Below are positions 57,448-64,000 of a stretch of 64,000 nucleotides of DNA, in pieces. Where the stretch lies: positions 2,336,001-2,400,000 of the forward strand of contig OZ257156.1 in the NCBI GenBank assembly GCA_965279375.1, written 5' to 3'. The translations under genes were made by a program, and so were the position numbers. Position 1 is the first letter of the stretch; each line of letters starts with the position of its first letter. The notes under the pieces are model-generated. The model searched no databases. It was not told the origin of the DNA and saw nothing but the letters and a program-made list of their open reading frames with translations. The stretch is from Gemmatimonas sp. (GTDB lineage: Bacteria > Gemmatimonadota > Gemmatimonadetes > Gemmatimonadales > Gemmatimonadaceae).

Positions 57448-59814
57448 TCATTGCGCCCTGGTCAGGAGGCCTTGGATCTCGTCCTCGCGACGGACCGTGC
57501 GCGCGACCATGTGGAAGAATTGCTCGGCGCGGAACGGCTTCTGCAGGAAGCCGGCGAGTCCGCTGTCGAGGAAGCGCTGCGTAACCTCGCGCTCGTGGTA
57601 GCCGCTCATCAACAAGACGCGAACGTCTGCGTGAACGGCACGTAGCGCTCGAAACGTCTCCTCGCCATCCATGCCCGGCATTGTCAGGTCGAGCAACACC
57701 AGCGCGAAGTCGTGCGGTGACGCGGTGAAGATGCGCAAGGCGTGCTCCCCGTTCTCCGCCTCATCCACGACAAACCCTTGTCGCTCGAGCAGCGAGCGGG
57801 TCACCGCGCGAATACTCGGCTCGTCATCAACCACGAGTGCGCGCCCCATGCTCCGCGGCTCGACCGCCGGGCCGGCAGGCACTGATGCCGTCCGCCGCTG
57901 ACTGACAGGGAAGTACGCGCGGAATGTGGTGCCTTCGCCGAGCACGCTCTTCACATGGATGGTCCCGTGGTGACTACGCATGATGCCAAGCGTTGCCGCC
58001 AAACCCAGGCCGCGCCCGGTGAATTTGGTCGTGAAGAACGGATCGAAGATGCGCTGCATGGTCTCGGCAGACATACCGCTGCCTGTGTCCCGCACTTCGA
58101 CGAACGTGAAGCGGCCTGGTGTGGCTGGCATACCGGGCGCGCAGGTCGCGAGATACGCCGCGTCCAGATCTCGATAGCCCACCTCAATGCTCACCAGTCC
58201 CGCCGCGTCCCCAAGGGCATCAGACCCGTTGGTGACCAGACTCATCATCACTTGTTGCAGCTGTCTGGTGTCCACGTCGATGTGTGGAACATCGAGCGGC
58301 GTCCCGACGAACATCGAGGTGTTGCGGCTCACCGCCGTGCGCAGCAGCTCTGTCATATCTCTCAATACTTCCGACACGTCGACCGTCTCGACGACGAACC
58401 GACCCTTGCCCGCATACGCCAGCAGCTGACGTGTCAGCTCCGCTGCGCGGAGCGCCGACTCCTCGATTTCCCGCAAGTTGTGCCGCGTTTCGGAGAGCGG
58501 GTCGGCATCCATCTGGGCGATTGATGCATTGCCGAGGATGCCCATCAGCAGGTTGTTGAAGTCGTGCGCGATGCCGCCGGCGAGTATGCCGAGCGATTCG
58601 AGTTTCTGCGCCTGCTGAATCTTCCCTTCGATGGTGGCGCGCTCTTCTTCTGCACGTACCTGATCGGTGATGTCGAGTGCGGTGCCGACGAGACGCGACG
58701 GATCACCCTTGGCATCGCGTACGATCATCGCGTGTGAGAGGAGATGGCGCACCGTACCGTCAGCACGCACGATACGGTGACGAATCGCCTGTTTCTCGCC
58801 GCTCTCTACTGCGCGGGCGTAGGCAGCCGTCACCATCGCGCGATCGTCGGGATGAACGAGGTCGGCGCGCAGCTCTCCGCCGATAGACGTCTGATCAAAG
58901 CCAGACGGATCGATCCCGAAGATGCGCAGGAGCTGATCGGACCACACCGTTTGCCGCGTGCGCAGGTCGCGATCGAAGCTGCCGATGTCTGCGGCCTCCT
59001 GCGCGAGGCGCAGCGTCTTCTCGCTGCGACGCAGATTCTCCTCAGCGCGCAGGCGCTCGGTGACGTCCTGCATCGTACCGAAGACATACGTCGGTACGCC
59101 CTCCGCATTCAGCGACGTTCGCGCCAGCACGTGCAGGTACCCGGTGCGTTCGTGAGGCCACCGCACGGCAATCGTGATCGAGAAGCCTTCACCCGCTCGC
59201 GCGGCGCGGAGCGCCTCCGTCCATCGTTCACGATCGGCACTGTCCGCAATGCGCGCTTCGATCAGCGACAACGTCGGCACCGTCGTGCTCACGTCGTAGC
59301 CGAGAATGCGATAGCTCTCGGCGCTCAACTCCACCGCGTCGGGGAGATACCAGCTCCAACTGCCGATGGCGGCCACTTCCTGTGCTCGCGCCATCGCATG
59401 TTCGCTCTCCATGAGCGCGCGTTCGGCACGGCGTTGCTCGGTCACGTCCTCGAGCACCGCGACGACACCACCATCCGCGGGATACGCGTACACCGATCGC
59501 CACGTGTCATTGTCCGCGCGATGTTCCTCGAAGCGCTGCGGTTTCTGCTCGCGCAGCACCGCCGTGTACGCCTGATGGAAGATCGATCCCTTCAACGCCG
59601 GGTAGCGTTCCCACACATTCTGCCCGACGAGCGTTTCGGGGGACACCATGCCGATCGCCGCGGTCGCGGAATTCAGATAGCGAATCCGGAACTCTTCGTC
59701 GAGCACCAGCACGGGATTTGGGCAGTGCTCGAAGAGCGCTGCTTGCGCCGGCTCGAGTGGCCGGAACGACGTCGAAGCGGGAGGCGTCGCCGCTTCATCA
59801 CCGGAGTTTGACAT
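57448..59814 (-). CDS. Soluble hybrid histidine kinase, PAS x3-HisKA-HATPase-REC (CckA-like)
   Basis: Three PAS/PAC units; AGGIAHDFNNLL H-box; DTGSGM, FDPFFTTK, GRGLGL; receiver VVDDE...DLTMP...KP. Confidence 0.93.
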   Translation of the reverse strand: MSNSGDEAATPPASTSFRPLEPAQAALFEHCPNPVLVLDEEFRIRYLNSATAAIGMVSPETLVGQNVWERYPALKGSIFHQAYTAVLREQKPQRFEEHRADNDTWRSVYAYPADGGVVAVLEDVTEQRRAERALMESEHAMARAQEVAAIGSWSWYLPDAVELSAESYRILGYDVSTTVPTLSLIEARIADSADRERWTEALRAARAGEGFSITIAVRWPHERTGYLHVLARTSLNAEGVPTYVFGTMQDVTERLRAEENLRRSEKTLRLAQEAADIGSFDRDLRTRQTVWSDQLLRIFGIDPSGFDQTSIGGELRADLVHPDDRAMVTAAYARAVESGEKQAIRHRIVRADGTVRHLLSHAMIVRDAKGDPSRLVGTALDITDQVRAEEERATIEGKIQQAQKLESLGILAGGIAHDFNNLLMGILGNASIAQMDADPLSETRHNLREIEESALRAAELTRQLLAYAGKGRFVVETVDVSEVLRDMTELLRTAVSRNTSMFVGTPLDVPHIDVDTRQLQQVMMSLVTNGSDALGDAAGLVSIEVGYRDLDAAYLATCAPGMPATPGRFTFVEVRDTGSGMSAETMQRIFDPFFTTKFTGRGLGLAATLGIMRSHHGTIHVKSVLGEGTTFRAYFPVSQRRTASVPAGPAVEPRSMGRALVVDDEPSIRAVTRSLLERQGFVVDEAENGEHALRIFTASPHDFALVLLDLTMPGMDGEETFRALRAVHADVRVLLMSGYHEREVTQRFLDSGLAGFLQKPFRAEQFFHMVARTVRREDEIQGLLTRAQ

Positions 59815-59949
59815 CTGCTGACCGAGAGGTCTCAGGGCCGTGCGGTGAGCCTGCTGCTGCACGGATCGCCTGCGTCGGCGACTTCGCTCGATGATGATTC
59901 CATCAGGAAATAGCGCGCGGGGCGCACCGCCGACAAGATGCGCCGGCGG

Positions 59950-62082
59950 TCAGAACTCGATCTGCGTTCCCAGCTCTACCACGCGATTCGGCGGAATGGC
60001 AAAGAACTCCGTCGCCGACCGCGCGTTTCGCGCCATGATGGAGAAGATGATCTTCCGCCACCGTGCGATGGTGAACGGGTCGGTGTCGCGTCCCTTGGTT
60101 GGGATGAGACGCTCGCGACCGAGGAAATAGCTCGTCTCCATCGGACGGCAGCGGATCCCCATCTGATCGACGACTTCGAGCACCTGCGGCACGTTGGGTG
60201 ACTGCATGAAGCCGTAGGTGGCGACCACGCGCCAGAAGCCCTGTCCCAACGGGACGACCTTCACGCGTTCGCTCGCACTCGTCTCCGGCGAATCCGACGT
60301 CTTGACCGACACCAGCAGCACGCGTTCATGCAGCACCTTGTTGTGCTTGAGGTGGTGCAGCAACACCGGGGGGACGCCATCGTCGTTGCCGGTCATGAAC
60401 ACCGCGGTGCCGGCCACGCGATGCACCGACGACTTCTCGACGCCATCGAGAAAGAGCCCGATCGGCATGGAGCCTTCAGCCAGTCGCGTATTGAGCAGCA
60501 GGCGCCCGCGCTTCCACGTGAGCATCAGCAGGAAGAGCACGAGGCCGATGGCGAGCGGCACCCAACCGCCGTGCGCGATCTTGGCGGCGTTGGCGCTGAA
60601 GAATCCGATGTCCATCACCAGGAACGCGCTGGTGACGAGCCACGCCTTCCACTCGGGCCAGCGGAACCGCAACCGCGCCACGACGTGGAAAAGCACCGTC
60701 GTGATCAGCATGGTGCCGGTGACCGCGATGCCGTACGCCGCGCCGAGTGCTGCGGTGTTCTTGAACGCGACGACGATCATCAGACACGACACCGCGATGA
60801 ACCAGTTCACCTCGGGGATGTAGATCTGCCCTTCGGATGTCTCCGAGGTGTGGCGAATCTCCATGCGAGGGATGTAGCCCAGCTGAATGCCCTGACGCGT
60901 GATCGAGAACGCACCGGAGATGAGCGCCTGCGACGCGATGATCGCGGCCATTGTTGCGATGACCAGCAACGGAATCAGCAGCGCCTTGGGCGCCAGCAGG
61001 AAGAACGGATTCTCGACGGCCGACGGATCGCGCATGAGCAGCGCGCCCTGTCCGAAGTAGTTGAGCAGCAACGCCGGGAAGACCAGCGCCAGCCATGCGA
61101 CGCGAATGGGGCGGCGACCGAAGTGGCCCATATCGGCGTACAGCGCTTCGCCGCCCGTCACGACGAGTACGACGGAGCCGAGTACGAAGAACGAGAGCGA
61201 GCCGTTCGACTTGGCGAACGCGAGCGCGTACATCGGATTGACCGAGGCCAGAATGGCCGGCGCCTTGGCGATCTCCACGATGCCCAACGTCGCGATGATG
61301 ACGAACCAGACCGCCATCAACGGGCCAAACAGCTTGCCCACGCGGTCGGTACCGACGCGCTGCGCGGCGAAGAGGCCCGCGAGGATGACCACGGCAATCG
61401 GTACGATCGCTGACGCCATATTCGGCAGCGCGATCTCAAGGCCTTCCATCGCGCCGAGCACGGACATTGCCGGCGTGATGATGCCGTCGCCGTAGAGCAA
61501 TGCTGTGCCGAAGAGAGCGAGTGCCACGAGCACGCGTCCCTTCCCGCCGCTGCTGTCAGGCGAGCGTCGCGGGAAGATCAGCGCCAGCAGTGCGAACGTG
61601 CCGCCTTCGCCGCGATTATCTGCGCGCAGAATGAAGCTGACGTACTTGACACTCACCACCAGCGTGAGTGCCCACACCACCAGCGAGAGAATGCCGTAGA
61701 CATTCTCCGCGGTCGGCTTCAGTCCGTAGATGGGGCTGAAGCATTCCTTGATGGCGTAGAGCGGACTCGTGCCGATGTCGCCGTACACGACGCCGAGCGC
61801 CGTGAGCGTCAGAATGCCGAGTCGCTTGCCTGTGGGGGCGCTGTCGTGGCCGTGACCGCGAGGCGCGGAGGCCGCCGGAAACATCCCGGTGTTCGCGTGG
61901 AGCTCGCTGCCCAGCGGGGCGACGCTCGCGTCGAAGCCGACCGCCGGGGTGCCGGAGGGACCCGTCGGATGCCGGTGGGCATCGGACGAGGCGTTCGACG
62001 CGGCGGACTGGCCGCCGGTGCTGCTATCGGAAGAGGCGCCAGCGGGTGAGGCCGGGGCCGACGGAGTGGAATCGGTATCCAT
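59950..62082 (-). CDS. kup: KUP/HAK/KT potassium uptake transporter
   Basis: GVVYGDIGTSPLY, GEGG.FAL, GDGIITPA, GGEALYADMGHF, GQIYIP, VVELG. Confidence 0.96.
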   Translation of the reverse strand: MDTDSTPSAPASPAGASSDSSTGGQSAASNASSDAHRHPTGPSGTPAVGFDASVAPLGSELHANTGMFPAASAPRGHGHDSAPTGKRLGILTLTALGVVYGDIGTSPLYAIKECFSPIYGLKPTAENVYGILSLVVWALTLVVSVKYVSFILRADNRGEGGTFALLALIFPRRSPDSSGGKGRVLVALALFGTALLYGDGIITPAMSVLGAMEGLEIALPNMASAIVPIAVVILAGLFAAQRVGTDRVGKLFGPLMAVWFVIIATLGIVEIAKAPAILASVNPMYALAFAKSNGSLSFFVLGSVVLVVTGGEALYADMGHFGRRPIRVAWLALVFPALLLNYFGQGALLMRDPSAVENPFFLLAPKALLIPLLVIATMAAIIASQALISGAFSITRQGIQLGYIPRMEIRHTSETSEGQIYIPEVNWFIAVSCLMIVVAFKNTAALGAAYGIAVTGTMLITTVLFHVVARLRFRWPEWKAWLVTSAFLVMDIGFFSANAAKIAHGGWVPLAIGLVLFLLMLTWKRGRLLLNTRLAEGSMPIGLFLDGVEKSSVHRVAGTAVFMTGNDDGVPPVLLHHLKHNKVLHERVLLVSVKTSDSPETSASERVKVVPLGQGFWRVVATYGFMQSPNVPQVLEVVDQMGIRCRPMETSYFLGRERLIPTKGRDTDPFTIARWRKIIFSIMARNARSATEFFAIPPNRVVELGTQIEF

Positions 62083-62150
62083 GGGTTGTTGCTGAACCCG
62101 AAATGTAGCGACTGCGCCGCTCAAGGGACAAAAGCATTCTGCAACGTAAA

Positions 62151-62182
62151 GGCCCCATCGATGCCGGAGCATCAACGGGGCC
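62151..62182 (-). terminator. Intrinsic terminator between the ABC permease and kup
   Basis: 14-bp stem that pairs fully (two G-U) only on the minus strand, followed by TTT. Confidence 0.75.
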
Positions 62183-62264
62183 GCGTCGCCGTGGTGCTGC
62201 GTGGTCGCCGCGTCGCGGACCCGGACGGGTCACGCCGAGGCGCTCACGACTTACGGACGAAACC

Positions 62265-63485
62265 CTACTCGTACCGTAACGCCGTGATCGGGTCCAGACT
62301 GGCGGCACGTCGGGCCGGCCATACGCCGAACACCACGCCGACCACCGCCGAGAAGATGAACGCCAAGGCGACGGACTGAGAGGAGATCTCGGTCGTGAAG
62401 TTGGCGAACTTGCTCAGCGCCATCGCCCCGCCGCTGCCGAGTGCGACGCCGATCGCTCCGCCCAGCAGGCAGAGCACGATCGCCTCGATCAGGAACTGAA
62501 AGAGGATGTTCTTGCTCGTCGCGCCCAGTGCCTTGCGAACGCCGATCTCACGGGTGCGCTCGGTCACCGAGACCAGCATGATGTTCATGATGCCGATGCC
62601 GCCGACGATCAGCGACACGGAGGCAATGCCGGCCAGCAGCGAGCCGAAGACGGCGCTCGTTTCCGCAGCCGTGGTGAGGAAGTCGGCCTGGTTGCGGATC
62701 TGGAAATCATCGTCGCGCTCACGAGGCGTCTTGTGTTCGCGCCGGATGATCTTCTGCACCTCGGCCATCGCCTCGGGGATCTTCTCCTCCGAGACCGCCA
62801 GCACGGAGATGTTGCGCACGCGATCGGTGCCGATCACGCGAAAGCGCGCCGTGTTGAGCGGGATGAGCACCTGGTCGTCGGGGTTCTGGAAGGGGTTGGT
62901 CTGTCCCTTCCCCTTGAGCACGCCGATCACGGTGAACTGAATGCCGCGAATGCGCACCGTCTCGCCGACGATTGCCTCAGGGTTCTCGACGCCAAGATTG
63001 GTGAGCACCTGCGGGCCGAGCACGGCTAACCGCTGCTTGCCCGCGTCTTCCTGCGTCGTGAACATGCGGCCGGCCATCAGCTCGTACTTGCGCACTTCGA
63101 GGTAGTTGGCCGTCGTTCCGACGATCTGCGTGCTGGTGTTCTTCGAGTTGAACTGCACCTGCAACTGCCGCGACATCTCGGGCTGCACGGCGGTGAGCAG
63201 CACCGCCTGATCTTCCAGCGCCTGCGCGTCCGCCATCGTGAGCTTGGCGCGATCCGCTTCAGAGGCGACGCCGCGCGCCTGCACTTGTCCCGGCGAGATC
63301 GACAGCAGCGTGGTGCCCAACGCGGTGATCCGCGCCTTGATGGCGCTCTGCGCGCCGCGGCCGATGCCGTCCATCGCGATCACCGCACCCACGCCGATGA
63401 CGATGCCGAGCATCGTCAGCAGTGAGCGCAGCTTGTTCGCGCGCAGCGCGGTCAGCGCAACCCGGAAGACCTCAGCGTAAAGCAC
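62265..63485 (-). CDS. MacB/FtsX-like ABC transporter permease (no fused ATPase)
   Basis: NKLRSLLTMLGIVIGV, VGGIGIMNIMLVSVTERTREIGVRKALGA, PARRAASLDPITALRYE. Confidence 0.93.
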   Translation of the reverse strand: MLYAEVFRVALTALRANKLRSLLTMLGIVIGVGAVIAMDGIGRGAQSAIKARITALGTTLLSISPGQVQARGVASEADRAKLTMADAQALEDQAVLLTAVQPEMSRQLQVQFNSKNTSTQIVGTTANYLEVRKYELMAGRMFTTQEDAGKQRLAVLGPQVLTNLGVENPEAIVGETVRIRGIQFTVIGVLKGKGQTNPFQNPDDQVLIPLNTARFRVIGTDRVRNISVLAVSEEKIPEAMAEVQKIIRREHKTPRERDDDFQIRNQADFLTTAAETSAVFGSLLAGIASVSLIVGGIGIMNIMLVSVTERTREIGVRKALGATSKNILFQFLIEAIVLCLLGGAIGVALGSGGAMALSKFANFTTEISSQSVALAFIFSAVVGVVFGVWPARRAASLDPITALRYE

Positions 63486-64000
63486 TACCGGCCCCCGGGC
63501 GGGCGTCCGCCACCACCACCACCGGCCGGCGCACCGCCGCCCGCCGCGCCGCCACGCGCCGGCGTCTGCTGCTGCACGCCGGGCACGGTCGACATCGAGC
63601 GGAAGCGATCGTTGGCCTGCTCACGCTTGGCCTGCAATGCGGCCACGGCGAGCGTGGCCACGTTCTCCCCTTCCTTGAGACCGCTGAGCACTTCGGAGTA
63701 GTCGTAGTTCGAGGCACCCAGCCGCACGATACGCGGCTCGAAGGCGCCCGCCGTGTTCTGCACGAACACGAGACCAGAGCGCGCACGGATCGCGCTGCCA
63801 CCGCCACCGTTGCCACCTCCACCGCTGCCGCCCGCGCCGTTGCCGGCAGCCCCTGAGCCGCCGCCGTTGCCAGCTGCGTTGCCGCTGCGCCGACCGCTTC
63901 CGCCGCTCGGGGCACCGCCGGCGGCGATATCGCCCGTGGCGCCTGCGTTGCCGCGACCAGCGCGCGCGTTTGAGCCGGCGCCCTTGTCCGCGCCGCCCAT
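63485..64000 (-). CDS. MacA-like periplasmic adaptor, C-terminal part (runs off the window)
   Basis: VRLGASNYDYSEVLSGLKEGENV flanked by Gly-rich segments; stop overlaps the permease start. Confidence 0.8.
   Translation of the reverse strand: MGGADKGAGSNARAGRGNAGATGDIAAGGAPSGGSGRRSGNAAGNGGGSGAAGNGAGGSGGGGNGGGGSAIRARSGLVFVQNTAGAFEPRIVRLGASNYDYSEVLSGLKEGENVATLAVAALQAKREQANDRFRSMSTVPGVQQQTPARGGAAGGGAPAGGGGGGRPPGGR

Noticed and set aside
62083..62264. c-di-AMP (ydaO) riboswitch upstream of kup
   Set aside because: The space between the upstream terminator and the start is under 70 nt, and I see no ydaO consensus.

Overview
GC-rich bacterial chromosomal window, densely coding (about 47 CDS). Gene content and protein style suggest a Gemmatimonas-like (Gemmatimonadota) organism; this is inference, not a search result. 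Core genes: lpdA, sucB, gyrA, leuS, a caa3-type cytochrome c oxidase operon (subunits II-I-III-IV plus CtaG), dacB, kup, an RND pump and a MacA/MacB-like pair. Signalling: an ECF sigma with a putative anti-sigma, a REC-GAF-GGDEF diguanylate cyclase, a chemoreceptor coupled to a solute-binding lipoprotein, and a PAS hybrid kinase. I see no rRNA, tRNA, CRISPR array, transposase or integrase. The most unusual region is about 32.6-46.7 kb. It holds three paralogous surface lipoproteins made of Big_2-like Ig repeats (11, 4 and 5 copies). Two of them carry 14 beta-propeller blades and share a basic C-terminal motif. Next to them lie an aspartate ammonia-lyase fused to a cyclic-nucleotide-binding domain and a divergent Tat-exported glycosylasparaginase-family enzyme. 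Two window-wide patterns stand out: -10 boxes (TANNNT) 5-7 nt before start codons, suggesting leaderless mRNAs, and frequent D-[S/T] motifs in exported proteins, suggesting possible O-glycosylation. Several starts are trimmed by eye from the ORF track and are approximate.
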